Assembly: GCF_039927955.1 (NCBI RefSeq)
Contig: NZ_JBDSUA010000005.1
Location: 161,171 to 225,170 of the forward strand
Direction of reading: 5' to 3'
Length of the DNA stretch: 64,000 nucleotides
Origin: Devosia sp.
GTDB taxonomy: Bacteria > Pseudomonadota > Alphaproteobacteria > Rhizobiales > Devosiaceae
Below are positions 7,555 to 18,145 of the stretch, in pieces (position 1 is the stretch's first letter; each line of letters starts with the position of its first letter). A program made the position numbers and the translations under genes. The notes under the pieces are model-generated. The model saw only the letters and a program-made list of their open reading frames with translations. It had not been told where the DNA came from and made no database searches.

Positions 7555-9027
7555 GTGACCTTGGAGGACGCTGCCCTGCCCCAATCACCGACCACGATCG
7601 TCGACGAACTCGGCATCGCCCTCTCCAATCTCGCCGACGCCGCCACTGGCACGTTCACGCCGACAATGCGGCTCGGCGTCACCGGGTTGAGCCGCGCCGG
7701 CAAGACCATTTTCATCACCGCCTTGGTGCATAATCTGCTGACCGGCGGCCGCCTGCCCGGTTTCACGCCTTTGGCCGAAGGCCGCTTCATCGGCGCGCGC
7801 CTGGCCGAATATCCCGACGCCACCATCCCGCGCTTTGCCTATGAACAGCACCTCGAAGCGCTGACCGGCAAGACCCCGATCTGGCCCGAAAGCACCCGCC
7901 GCATTTCGCAATTGCGGCTGGTGCTCAAATACCAGTCCTCCAACTGGCTCTCCGGCTGGCGCGGTCCAACCACGCTCAATCTCGATATTGTCGACTACCC
8001 CGGCGAATGGCTGCTCGACCTGCCGCTGCTGGGCCTAAGCTTCGCCGACTGGAGCCGCGAAGCCCTTGAACGCGCCAGCCGCCTATCGTCGGCCCGCGAG
8101 GCACAACCGTTTTTGGACCTGCTCGCCACCATCGATCCGCAAAAGCCCGCCAACGACCCCGACGCCGAAAAGCTGGCGACAGCGTTCACCGCCTACCTGC
8201 GCCAGAGCCGGGAGGACAACGCCATGTCCACCCTGCCGCCCGGCCGCTTCCTGCTGCCCGGCGACCTCGAAGGCTCCCCGGCGCTGACCTTCGCGCCGTT
8301 GCCGCAACCCAACCAACCGGTCCGCTCGTCAAGCCTTTATGCGATGTTGGAAGGCCGCTACGAGGCCTATAAAAACCAGGTGGTGCGACCGTTTTTCAAG
8401 GATCACTTCGCCCGCCTCGATCGCCAGATCGTGCTGGTCGATACGCTGCGCGCCCTCAACACCGGCCCTGCCGCCGTGGCTGATCTGGAAACCGCGTTGA
8501 CCTCGGTGCTGTCCTGCTTCCGCCAGGGCGATAGCAATCCGCTGACCCGGCTGGTCTCCCGCCGCATCGATCGCATCCTGTTTGCCGCAACCAAGGCCGA
8601 TCACGTCCACCACACCAGCCATGACCGGCTCGAAGCCATCCTCAACCGCCTCGTCGCCAATGCCAGCCGCAAGGCGCAGTTCGCTGGCGCCGAGACCCGC
8701 TCCATCGCCCTGGCCGGCATTCGCGCCACCCGCGAAGGCACTATCGTTGAAGCCGGCGAAACCCTGCCCACCATCATCGGCACGCCAATGGCAGGCGAGA
8801 CACTGGGCAAGGTCAAGTATGACGGCAAGACCGAAATCGCCTTGTTTCCCGGTGACTTGCCGGAACGGCCGGATTCACTGTTCGAAGACGGCACCCCGGT
8901 GTCACTGAACTTCCTGCGCTTCGTGCCGCCGCAAAAGCTCGACCGCAATGCCAGCGGCGATGTGGTTCTGCCCCATATCCGCTTCGACCGCGCCCTCGAT
9001 TTCCTGCTGGGAGACCGGCTGAAATGA
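7555..9027 (+). CDS. ycjX: YcjX family P-loop GTP-binding protein
   Basis: RLGVTGLSRAGKT, DIVDYPGEWLLDLPL, DRQIVLVD, FAATKADH; start may be 7576. Confidence 0.93.
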   Translation: MTLEDAALPQSPTTIVDELGIALSNLADAATGTFTPTMRLGVTGLSRAGKTIFITALVHNLLTGGRLPGFTPLAEGRFIGARLAEYPDATIPRFAYEQHLEALTGKTPIWPESTRRISQLRLVLKYQSSNWLSGWRGPTTLNLDIVDYPGEWLLDLPLLGLSFADWSREALERASRLSSAREAQPFLDLLATIDPQKPANDPDAEKLATAFTAYLRQSREDNAMSTLPPGRFLLPGDLEGSPALTFAPLPQPNQPVRSSSLYAMLEGRYEAYKNQVVRPFFKDHFARLDRQIVLVDTLRALNTGPAAVADLETALTSVLSCFRQGDSNPLTRLVSRRIDRILFAATKADHVHHTSHDRLEAILNRLVANASRKAQFAGAETRSIALAGIRATREGTIVEAGETLPTIIGTPMAGETLGKVKYDGKTEIALFPGDLPERPDSLFEDGTPVSLNFLRFVPPQKLDRNASGDVVLPHIRFDRALDFLLGDRLK

Positions 9028-10040
9028 AACAACCCGTCGCTCGCCCCACCGCCACCATCGATGATGACCGCGAAGAGTTCCGCGCCCCCCGCGCCTTTGT
9101 CCCGGCCAAGGTCACCGAGGATGAACCGAGCTTTGATGAGCCAATCGAGGACGCGCTGACCACCCCGACCATCCGCAAGATGGGCTGGATCGGTCGCCTC
9201 GCCTGGGGCGCCGGCAGTATCCTGGTCTCGCTCGGCCTCAGCCTGATGGCCGATCGGCTGATCCGCGACCTGTTCGTCCGCTACGAATGGCTGGGCTGGG
9301 CCGGCATCGTCGTGCTGGCGCTGTTCGTGCTGGCGCTCGCCGTGCTGGTGCTGCGCGAAGTCCTGGCTTTGCGCCGCCTGCGGGTGCTCGACAAACTGCG
9401 GCGCGATGCGGCTGCGGCTCTGCTCAACAACAACCAGCATCAGGCCAATCAGGTGCTGGCAAGCCTTGAGGCCATCTACGCCGATCGCGCCGACATGGCC
9501 CGCTCCCGCCAGGCTGTTGCTGACAATGCCAGACACCTATTCGATGGCAGCGAGATCGTCCACCTCGGCGAACGCGCGCTGATGGCCCCACTCGACGCGC
9601 GCGCCAAGGCCCTCACCGCTGCATCTGCCCGTCGGGTGGCGCTGGTGACGGCGGTGTCACCCCGCGCCTTGGTCGACATCGCCTTTGTCATCTACGAAAG
9701 CGTTCGCCTCGCCGGAGCCATTGCGGCGCTCTACGGCGCCCGCCCGGGCTTCTTCGGCTTCTGGCGGCTCACTGGCGCGGTCCTCGCCCATCTCGCCGTC
9801 ACCGGCGGCCTGGTCCTCACCGATGGCATAGTCGAGCAACTGGTCGGCCAGGGGCTGGCGGCAAAACTCTCGCAGCGGCTCGGCGAAGGCGTCGTCAACG
9901 GCCTGATGACCGTACGCGTCGGCATTGCCGCGATGCGCGTCGTCCGGCCCCTGCCCTTCACCACCCAGCCGCAGCCGGTGGTGAAAGACTTCATCGGCGA
10001 ACTGGTCAACGTCACCCAGGGCCTCAAGGCCGCACCATGA
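9024..10040 (+). CDS. ycjF: YcjF family (UPF0283/TIGR01620) membrane protein
   Basis: TAVSPRALVD, AKLSQRLGEGVVNGLMTVRVG, RPLPF; ATGA overlap with ycjX. Confidence 0.92.
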   Translation: MKQPVARPTATIDDDREEFRAPRAFVPAKVTEDEPSFDEPIEDALTTPTIRKMGWIGRLAWGAGSILVSLGLSLMADRLIRDLFVRYEWLGWAGIVVLALFVLALAVLVLREVLALRRLRVLDKLRRDAAAALLNNNQHQANQVLASLEAIYADRADMARSRQAVADNARHLFDGSEIVHLGERALMAPLDARAKALTAASARRVALVTAVSPRALVDIAFVIYESVRLAGAIAALYGARPGFFGFWRLTGAVLAHLAVTGGLVLTDGIVEQLVGQGLAAKLSQRLGEGVVNGLMTVRVGIAAMRVVRPLPFTTQPQPVVKDFIGELVNVTQGLKAAP

Positions 10041-10460
10041 CTATTCGGCCGCCTGTTTCAGCAACCCAACATGAGGGGTATGCGACGGCACCGCATCTGG
10101 ATGCGCATCGAGATAGTGACGCCGTGCCTCCAGCACCCGCGCGCGGTTTTCGACCGCCCAGGCGCCCACAGCGGTCAGCGGGCCACGCAAATCATGGCCC
10201 AGTTCGGTCAATTCATAGTCCACCCGCGGCGGAATTGTTGGGGTTACGGTGCGGGTGACATAGCCATCCATTTCGAGATCGCGCAGCGTCGAGGTCAGCA
10301 TTTTCTGGCTGATCCCGCCGATCTCCCGCTTGATCTCGGAAAACCGCATCGAGCCCTGGCTGAGCCGCGTGATGATCAGCACGGTCCACTTGCCGCTGAT
10401 CTGACCGAGGATTTCGCTGACCGGGCGGCAGTCGTGCCCGTCATAGCTGGCCGGTTTCAT
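10041..10460 (-). CDS. HxlR family winged-helix transcriptional regulator
   Basis: CRPVSEILGQISGKWT, RFSEIKREIGGISQKMLTSTLRDLE, PPRVDYELTELG. Confidence 0.92.
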   Translation of the reverse strand: MKPASYDGHDCRPVSEILGQISGKWTVLIITRLSQGSMRFSEIKREIGGISQKMLTSTLRDLEMDGYVTRTVTPTIPPRVDYELTELGHDLRGPLTAVGAWAVENRARVLEARRHYLDAHPDAVPSHTPHVGLLKQAAE

Positions 10461-10557
10461 TTTAGTGCCTCTGGTTTCGAAATAGTGCCGTCTTGCGACC
10501 GTTTTGACAGTCACTCATATAGCGTCAGTCACCAACGGATACCACAGGACACCTGAC

Positions 10558-11133
10558 ATGAAAACCGTCGCCGTACTCGTCGGCAGCCTCAGCGCAAACT
10601 CGATCAATCACAAACTTGCCAAGGCCATCGAGAAGCTGGCGGACGGGCGCCTGAAGTTCGACTATGTCGATATCGGCAGCCTGCCCCACTACAACAATGA
10701 TCTCTGGGCCAACCCGCCCGCTTCGGTCACCGAGCTCAAGGCCAAGGTCGAAGCGGCTGATGCCGTGTTCATCGTCATGCCCGAAATCAACCGCTCCTAT
10801 CCCGCTGTCGTCAAGAATGCGCTGGACTGGGCATCGCGCCCCTGGGGTCAGAATTCCTGGATCGGCAAGCCGCTGGCCATCGCCGGCGCTTCCCCCGGCG
10901 CCATCGGCACTGCAGCGGGCCAGAACGCCCTGCGCATGACCCTGCCGCTGTACGGCTTCGTGGTCATGGGCCAGCCGGAGGTCTACCTCCAGTTCAAGCC
11001 GGAACTGTTCAATGAACAGGGCGACGTGATCGATGAAACCACGGCTGGTTTCCTCGGCAACTTCATCGACAAATATGTCGAATGGATCGGCCATCACGGC
11101 CAGGTCCGCGAACTCAGCATCGCCGCTGAATAG
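10558..11133 (+). CDS. NADPH-dependent FMN reductase (ChrR/YieF-like)
   Basis: VLVGSL..NSIN, PEINRSYPAVVKNALDWASRPWG, GASPGAIGT; divergent from HxlR regulator. Confidence 0.9.
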   Translation: MKTVAVLVGSLSANSINHKLAKAIEKLADGRLKFDYVDIGSLPHYNNDLWANPPASVTELKAKVEAADAVFIVMPEINRSYPAVVKNALDWASRPWGQNSWIGKPLAIAGASPGAIGTAAGQNALRMTLPLYGFVVMGQPEVYLQFKPELFNEQGDVIDETTAGFLGNFIDKYVEWIGHHGQVRELSIAAE

Positions 11134-11146
11134 TCCGGCCAACAAA

Positions 11147-11175
11147 CATATCCCCGGACATTGCCCGGGGATTAT
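11147..11175. terminator. Hairpin between convergent genes
   Basis: ATCCCCGG-N7-CCGGGGAT with AT-rich flanks. Confidence 0.55.
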
Positions 11176-11186
11176 GATCTGCAAAT

Positions 11187-11507
11187 TTAGTCCTGTGCCG
11201 AACTCGGCGCCAACGTCACCTTAAGCCCATCCAGCGCGTCGCTCAGCAGGATCTGGCAACTCAGCCGGGAATTGGGCTTCTTGTCGAGCGTTGAGTACAG
11301 CAGGTCTTCCTCGTCATCGCTGGGATCGGCCAGCTTGCCGAGCCACCCATCATCGACATAGACGTGGCAGGTGGCGCAGGAACAGGCGCCGCCGCACTCA
11401 GCCTTGATATTGAGGCCCCAGTCGCGGATCACTTCCATGACGCGCCAGCCATCAAGCCCTTCAAGCTCGTGTTCAGCGCCGGATTGATCGGTGACGTGGA
11501 TTTTCAT
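11187..11507 (-). CDS. 2Fe-2S ferredoxin (adrenodoxin type)
   Basis: ECGGACSCATCHVY...SRLSCQI. Confidence 0.92.
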   Translation of the reverse strand: MKIHVTDQSGAEHELEGLDGWRVMEVIRDWGLNIKAECGGACSCATCHVYVDDGWLGKLADPSDDEEDLLYSTLDKKPNSRLSCQILLSDALDGLKVTLAPSSAQD

Positions 11508-11542
11508 GGTCTGGCTTTCGTCCGATGCTTCCAAAGTCACCG

Positions 11543-11612
11543 TGTCACCCCGGCGAAGGCCGGGGTCCATCCTGAGATCTCAAGATGGATACCGGCGTTC
11601 GACGGTATGACA
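11543..11612. repeat. REP doublet (REPIN-like)
   Basis: TGTCACCCCGGCGAAGGCCGGGGTCCA and inverted TGGATACCGGCGTTCGACGGTATGACA. Confidence 0.75.
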
Positions 11613-11636
11613 TCGCGCGAAACAGGAATCCAGTAC

Positions 11637-12677
<1,041 letters not shown>

Positions 12678-12754
12678 CTATGGGGCCGCGGCCCGCAATT
12701 TCAGGTCTCGCCGAACTGGCTCCGGCCAATCCGGACAAGTACGCTCCACTTATA

Positions 12755-14029
12755 TCAGTGGGCGCGGCGAAGATAGGGGCGCGTGCCGACCGGCACTTCG
12801 GTGACACCAACCGGCTGATAGAAGATGTTCACTTCCGGCAGACGGTTTTCGAGCAGCGCTTCCCGGGTCGGCTGATGCACCACCAGGAAAGCATTGAAGC
12901 CGCAGCGGCGCATCAGCGGGATCTGGTCCTGCAGCACGTCGCCGATGGCGCGAATTTCGCCGGCATAGCCATAACGTTCCGACAACAACCGCGCAGTTGA
13001 GTAACCGCGGCCATCCGAAAACGCCGGAAACTTGATGGCAACCGAGGCAAAGCGGGCAAGGTCCTGCCCGGCATTCTCGATATTGTCGCCGGGCACGATC
13101 AGCAGGCCCATCGGGTGCGGATTGGCCAGAGCGGCGTCACGATTGGCCAGGAAAACCGGCAACGGCACATGGGTGTAGCGCACAGTGGCGAGGTCATCAC
13201 CGTCTTCCCAGGCGCGAAACGGATCGGCGATGAAGGCGCCATCTTTATACAGGTGGTGGATCACTGCTGCGGCCATGGGCGAGGCAATCGCTCCGTTGAA
13301 ATCGAAATGGATGCCGCACTCTTTCTTGTTCAGACCGCGCCACCGTCCGGCTCGCGGATCTTCCCCTTCGGCAACCACCGAGGTGCAAGGCGCGCAGCCA
13401 ATGGACTTGTAGCCCTTATCGAACAGGGGATGCTCGGGCAAGCCATGGTCACGCTTGTAGGCGTTGACATCGGCATCGGTAAAGTAGGCCAAAGGATTGA
13501 CCTTGATGCGATCATCGCTGGTCAATTCGAAATGCGGCAGCACCCCGCGTTCCACGGTCTGGAAACGCTTCCGACCGGTGACCCAGCCGCCATACTGCTC
13601 GGTGATCGGCTCCAGCGGTTCGGTCTTGCGGATATGGCAGCACGAGTCGGGATCGGTTTCCCACAGATCGCCATTCGGATCGAACCGGGTAATGTCCTCA
13701 GGGTTCGGGTGAATGGCGTGGACGTTGATCAGGCCGAGCTGCTTTTTCAGCGTTTCGACATAGGCCAGCGTTTCCGGGAAATGCTTGCCGGTTTCAAGGA
13801 AATACACTGGCAGGCTCGGATCGACCTGGGCGACGAGATGCAACAGCACCGCCGAATCCGCGCCGAATGACGACACGATCGCCAGATCGCCCGGCAGGAT
13901 TTCGGTGGCGGCTTTGCGCAGCACGCCGACGGCATCCATTTCATCGAGCATGCCGTTGAGCGCCAGGATGCCCAGCGAACGGAGTTTGTCGGGTTTGCGG
14001 TCTGAGTGCAGCATGTTAGGCGTTGCCAT
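12755..14029 (-). CDS. cysH: APS/PAPS reductase CysH fused to C-terminal DUF934 domain
   Basis: SSFGADS, ETGKHF, CCHIRK, SIGCAPC, RAGRW, ECGIH, then FPAFSDGRGYSTARLL...GEIRAIGDVLQDQ..MRRCGF (DUF934); GGAGG before ATG 14029. Confidence 0.9.
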   Translation of the reverse strand: MATPNMLHSDRKPDKLRSLGILALNGMLDEMDAVGVLRKAATEILPGDLAIVSSFGADSAVLLHLVAQVDPSLPVYFLETGKHFPETLAYVETLKKQLGLINVHAIHPNPEDITRFDPNGDLWETDPDSCCHIRKTEPLEPITEQYGGWVTGRKRFQTVERGVLPHFELTSDDRIKVNPLAYFTDADVNAYKRDHGLPEHPLFDKGYKSIGCAPCTSVVAEGEDPRAGRWRGLNKKECGIHFDFNGAIASPMAAAVIHHLYKDGAFIADPFRAWEDGDDLATVRYTHVPLPVFLANRDAALANPHPMGLLIVPGDNIENAGQDLARFASVAIKFPAFSDGRGYSTARLLSERYGYAGEIRAIGDVLQDQIPLMRRCGFNAFLVVHQPTREALLENRLPEVNIFYQPVGVTEVPVGTRPYLRRAH

Positions 14030-15674
14030 AGAGAGCCTCCTTGAAGGGCGCTTCTCCCAGACGCCGGTAAGCGGAAATGAAACTTTCCTCCGCGCTTTCG
14101 CGCTTGGCCAGATAGGTATCGACCAGGGTCTCGATAGCATCGGGAACCTGTTCGGCTTCAAAACCGGGTCCGATGATCTTGCCCACCGAAGCGTGCTCGG
14201 TCGCATCGCCGCCGAGGGTGATCTGGTAGAGTTCGCCACCCTTCTTCTCGACGCCCAGAATGCCGATATGGCCGACGTGGTGATGGCCACAGGCATTGAT
14301 GCAGCCCGAAATCTTGATCTTGAGATCGCCGATTTCGGCCTGACGCTCAGGCTTCTGGAACTTGACCGAAATCGCCTGCGCGATCGGGATCGAACGAGCC
14401 GTCGCCAGCGCGCAGAAATCCATGCCCGGGCAGCAGATGATGTCGGTGATCAGGCCGGTATTGCCTTCAGCCAGTTCGGCAGCCACCAGTGCGTCATAGA
14501 CAGCACGCAGATCGCTGATCGCCACATGCGGCAGCACCAGGTTTTGTTCGTGGGTAACGCGCAGTTCGTCAAACGAATAGCGTGCGGCCAGATCGGCAAT
14601 CACATCCATCTGGTCCGCCGTCGCATCGCCAGGGGCCTTATCGATCGGCTTGAGCGAAATTGTCAGCGAGGTATAGCCCGGCTGCATATGCGGGTTGAGG
14701 TTGTTCTCCAGCCAGCGTGCATAGAGCGGATCGAGGATTTTCTCGCGTTCGATATCGATCTTGCGGGCCGCAAGCTGCTTGAACTCGGGCGGCGCGAAAT
14801 AGGCGGTGATGCGATCAAGCTCAGCCTGCGGCAAAGTCAGCACACCGCCGCGCACTTCGGCAAACTCTGCCTCGACCTGGCCCTTGATGGTCTCCAGACC
14901 TTCTTCGTGCACCAAGATCTTGATGCGCGCCTTGTACTTGTTATCGCGGCGGCCATAGCGGTTGTACACGCGCATGATCGATTCAAGATAAGCCAGCAGG
15001 TGCTCGTTGGGTACGAAGCTGTTCATCATCTTGCCGATCATCGGCGTGCGGCCTAGACCGCCACCAACCCAGACTTCCCAGCCGATTTCCCCGGTGCCGT
15101 TGGTCACGGCCTGCAGGCCGATATCATGGAAGCGGATGGCGGCGCGATCGTTCGGCGCGCCGGTCAGCGCGATCTTGAACTTGCGCGGCAGATACGAAAA
15201 TTCGGGGTGCAGGCTGGACCACTGGCGCAGGATTTCGCCCACCGGACGCGGATCGATAATTTCGTCCTGTGCGGCGCCGGCAAACTGATCGGTGGTGACA
15301 TTGCGGATGCAATTGCCCGAGGTCTGGATGGCGTGCATTTCGACCGAGGCCAACTCGCCCAGGATCAGCGGGATGTCCTTGAGCTTGGGCCAGTTGTACT
15401 GGATATTCTGGCGCGTGGTGAAATGGCCATAGCCGCGATCATAGACGCGGGCGATATGGGCCAGCTTGTGCATCTGCTTGCTGTTCAGCGTGCCATAGGG
15501 CACCGCAACGCGCAGCATATAGGCGTGCAGCTGCAGGTAGAGCCCGTTCATCAGCCGCAGTGGGCGGAACTGGTCTTCGCTGATTTCACCGATCAGGCGG
15601 CGCTCGACCTGGTTGGCGAACTGGGCAGTGCGCTCGCGAACAAACGCGGCGTCAAACTCATCATATCGATACAT
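14016..15674 (-). CDS. cysI: Sulfite reductase hemoprotein (ferredoxin-dependent nitrite/sulfite reductase)
   Basis: MYRYDEFD, RLMNGLYLQLHAYMLR, HFTTRQNIQ, LPRKFK, CCPGMDFC, SGCINACGHHH. Confidence 0.93.
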   Translation of the reverse strand: MYRYDEFDAAFVRERTAQFANQVERRLIGEISEDQFRPLRLMNGLYLQLHAYMLRVAVPYGTLNSKQMHKLAHIARVYDRGYGHFTTRQNIQYNWPKLKDIPLILGELASVEMHAIQTSGNCIRNVTTDQFAGAAQDEIIDPRPVGEILRQWSSLHPEFSYLPRKFKIALTGAPNDRAAIRFHDIGLQAVTNGTGEIGWEVWVGGGLGRTPMIGKMMNSFVPNEHLLAYLESIMRVYNRYGRRDNKYKARIKILVHEEGLETIKGQVEAEFAEVRGGVLTLPQAELDRITAYFAPPEFKQLAARKIDIEREKILDPLYARWLENNLNPHMQPGYTSLTISLKPIDKAPGDATADQMDVIADLAARYSFDELRVTHEQNLVLPHVAISDLRAVYDALVAAELAEGNTGLITDIICCPGMDFCALATARSIPIAQAISVKFQKPERQAEIGDLKIKISGCINACGHHHVGHIGILGVEKKGGELYQITLGGDATEHASVGKIIGPGFEAEQVPDAIETLVDTYLAKRESAEESFISAYRRLGEAPFKEALYGNA

Positions 15675-15987
15675 GACCGTCCTCATTCAGATGCTGGCGG
15701 TCAAAGACTTCGCCGTCGAAAATCGACTTGGTGGTTGGGCCCTTGGCCCGGATTTTTTCGCGCATGCGATCGGCAACGCGCTCACCATCCTTGACGGTGA
15801 CCGCTTCGATCTCGATGCCCAGAATACGCCCAGTGGCCTTGCTGGAGGCAATGGCTGCGTCGCGCAGCTCCGCCTCTTCCTTGGCAAACAGCCGCGCCGC
15901 GTAAAAGTCTTCGACCCAGTTATCGTGCGCGTCGAGATAAACCGCAGCGCCCGAGGTCAATTCGTTGCCAACCAGTATTTCCATCAT
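15661..15987 (-). CDS. DUF2849 family protein
   Basis: GNELTSGAAVYL...REKIRAKGPT; conserved position between cysG and cysI in alphaproteobacteria. Confidence 0.8.
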   Translation of the reverse strand: MMEILVGNELTSGAAVYLDAHDNWVEDFYAARLFAKEEAELRDAAIASSKATGRILGIEIEAVTVKDGERVADRMREKIRAKGPTTKSIFDGEVFDRQHLNEDGHVSI

Positions 15988-17381
15988 GCCACCTTGAAGC
16001 TCTGCGCGGCGAGTTCGGCAGCATCTGCCCAATCGCCAGCCGCAACGGCCTCGCCTACAAAAATGATTGCCGGACCAGCAGGAAACTCCACTGCCCCATT
16101 CGCCAGACCGCTCAGCGTGCCGCGATACATCGACCGATACGCACGGCCGGCATTGACCACGATACCCACTGGCAGATTGGCCGAAGCACCCTGCCCGATC
16201 AGCCGCGCCGCCACCGCATCGGCGATTGATTTGCCCATGTAGAGCGCCAGCGTCATGCCGGACTGCGCCAAAGCCGCCCAATGCACAAGATCGGCATCGT
16301 CGGCGCCGTGCGCCGTCGCCATGACGAAGCCGCTGGACACTTTGCGCAGGGTAACAGGTGTTACCGTATCGGCCGCAGCTGCTAACGCCGCGCTAACGCC
16401 GGGCACCACGGAATAGGCAATTCCGGCCTTCCGCAGCGCCGCGATTTCTTCCCCGGCGCGACCGAACACCATCGGGTCGCCCGACTTGAGCCGCGCGACG
16501 GTTTTGCCCTCGCGGGCGAGGCGAACAATCAGCGTATTGATCTGGGCCTGCGAGAACGAGTGATGGCCTTTAGCCTTGCCAACGTCGATCTGTTCGGCGT
16601 CGCGGCGGCCCATTTGCACCACGGCAGCGGGGACCAGTTGATCGTGGACGATGACGTCCGCCTCCTGCAGCAGGCGCTGGGCGCGCAGGGTGAGCAGGTC
16701 TTCGGCACCTGGACCGGCGCCGATCAATGCCACCGAACCAATCTTGATGTTAATCGCATGGGCTTCGAGCAGGGTCTCGGCTTCAAACACGCCGGCAACA
16801 GGGCTTCGGGAAGCGGCCGTTTCCACAGCGGGCGACTGGACCAACGCCTCATAATAGCGACGGCGGGCGGCGTTGTCGCCGATCAGCGCCTCGACGCGAT
16901 GGCGCATGCGGCCGGCAAGCCCGGCGATGGCACCGACATGTGGCGACAGCATCGCCTCGATCCGCGCCCGGATCAGTCGGGTCAGCACCGGCGCATCGCC
17001 TTCCGAGGAAATCGCAATGGTGAGTGGCGCTCGGTCGATGATCGACGGGGTGTAGAAATCGCACTCGTCTGGAATGTCGACGACGTTGAGTGGGATATTG
17101 CGAGCCCGCGCGGCGAGCTTGGCGGCATCGCCATCGGGGCCGTGATCGGCGACGAAGACCAAAGCTGCCCCATCAAGGTCGGCAGCCTCGAACGGACGCA
17201 CCAGAACCACCGCTTCAACCGAGGAAAAATCGATCTCGACGTGGCGGGAAATAATCACGACTGATGCAGTCGTCTTGGTGACCAAGCGGGCTTTGTTGAG
17301 GGCTTCTTCTCCACCGCCGATGATGACGATGCGCTGACCCCGAACTTTGTAGCTCAACGGAAATGTGTTGAGTTGTCCCAT
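15984..17381 (-). CDS. cysG: Siroheme synthase
   Basis: IIGGGEEA, NVVDIPDECDFYTP, IGAGPGAEDLLT, RLKSGDPMVFGRAGEE. Confidence 0.93.
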   Translation of the reverse strand: MGQLNTFPLSYKVRGQRIVIIGGGEEALNKARLVTKTTASVVIISRHVEIDFSSVEAVVLVRPFEAADLDGAALVFVADHGPDGDAAKLAARARNIPLNVVDIPDECDFYTPSIIDRAPLTIAISSEGDAPVLTRLIRARIEAMLSPHVGAIAGLAGRMRHRVEALIGDNAARRRYYEALVQSPAVETAASRSPVAGVFEAETLLEAHAINIKIGSVALIGAGPGAEDLLTLRAQRLLQEADVIVHDQLVPAAVVQMGRRDAEQIDVGKAKGHHSFSQAQINTLIVRLAREGKTVARLKSGDPMVFGRAGEEIAALRKAGIAYSVVPGVSAALAAAADTVTPVTLRKVSSGFVMATAHGADDADLVHWAALAQSGMTLALYMGKSIADAVAARLIGQGASANLPVGIVVNAGRAYRSMYRGTLSGLANGAVEFPAGPAIIFVGEAVAAGDWADAAELAAQSFKVA

Positions 17382-17577
17382 TTGACCCCTTTCTTGAAGA
17401 CTGGAAAATAGTCTTTCCGAGCCCTTCAGCACAAGGCATTGAAATTCAATCGCTTTTATATTTCCCGGCGAAGCATGGCGTTAGAACGCCACGCGAGTGC
17501 GGACCATATTGGAGCCAAATGAATCTTTTGCTGCGGCAGGAGAAGAAAATTCTACTTTGCGGGGGCCTTTTGCCACG

Positions 17578-17715
17578 CCCTCGTGGTTCGAGGACCGCTC
17601 CGCTCCCGCCTCACCATGAGGCTACCGGGAAGCTGAATGTTTCGGTAGTCCTCATGGTGAGGCGCTTTGCTCTTGCAAAGCCTCGAACCACCCTCATCCT
17701 GAGCTTGTCGAAGGA
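17578..17715. repeat. Composite REP-like palindromic repeat cluster
   Basis: GTGGTTCGAGG...GCCTCACCATGAGG / CCTCATGGTGAGGC...CCTCGAACCAC inverted pair plus CCTCATCCTGAGCTTGTCGAAGGA; related copy at 34909. Confidence 0.8.
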
Positions 17716-17727
17716 GGACGGGGCACC

Positions 17728-18048
17728 CTACCCCTGCCGGCTCGGCACATGCACGACCAGACCATCAAGGTTGTCCTTGACCTTGATCTGGCAACTCAGG
17801 CGGCTGGAGGATTTCACGTCGAAGGCGAAATCCAACATGTCTTCTTCCATCGCCGAGGGACCGCCAACGACCGCTTCCCAATCGGGGTCGATATAGACAT
17901 GGCAGGTGGCGCAGGTGCAGGCGCCGCCGCATTCGGCGACGATACCGGGCACCGCGTTCATGATTGCGGTTTCCATGACGGTCGAACCCGCCGAGGCTTG
18001 CGTTTCGATACGTTCGCCACTGGCGGCTACGAAGGTGATCTTGGTCAT
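17728..18048 (-). CDS. 2Fe-2S ferredoxin (adrenodoxin type)
   Basis: AECGGACTCATCHVY, MEEDMLDFA, SRLSCQI. Confidence 0.93.
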   Translation of the reverse strand: MTKITFVAASGERIETQASAGSTVMETAIMNAVPGIVAECGGACTCATCHVYIDPDWEAVVGGPSAMEEDMLDFAFDVKSSSRLSCQIKVKDNLDGLVVHVPSRQG

Positions 18049-18145
18049 GGGCCGGATATAAACGCGACTGAGATAGGGAGCAAGTTATTGGAGCTATGCG
18101 CTTATGGTGGCCATAGGAAAAGTGCCTAAAGCCACTGCTGTAAGG

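Noticed and set aside
17578-17715. CRISPR array or IS ends
   Set aside because: Repeats are inverted, not regularly spaced with unique spacers; no cas or transposase genes.
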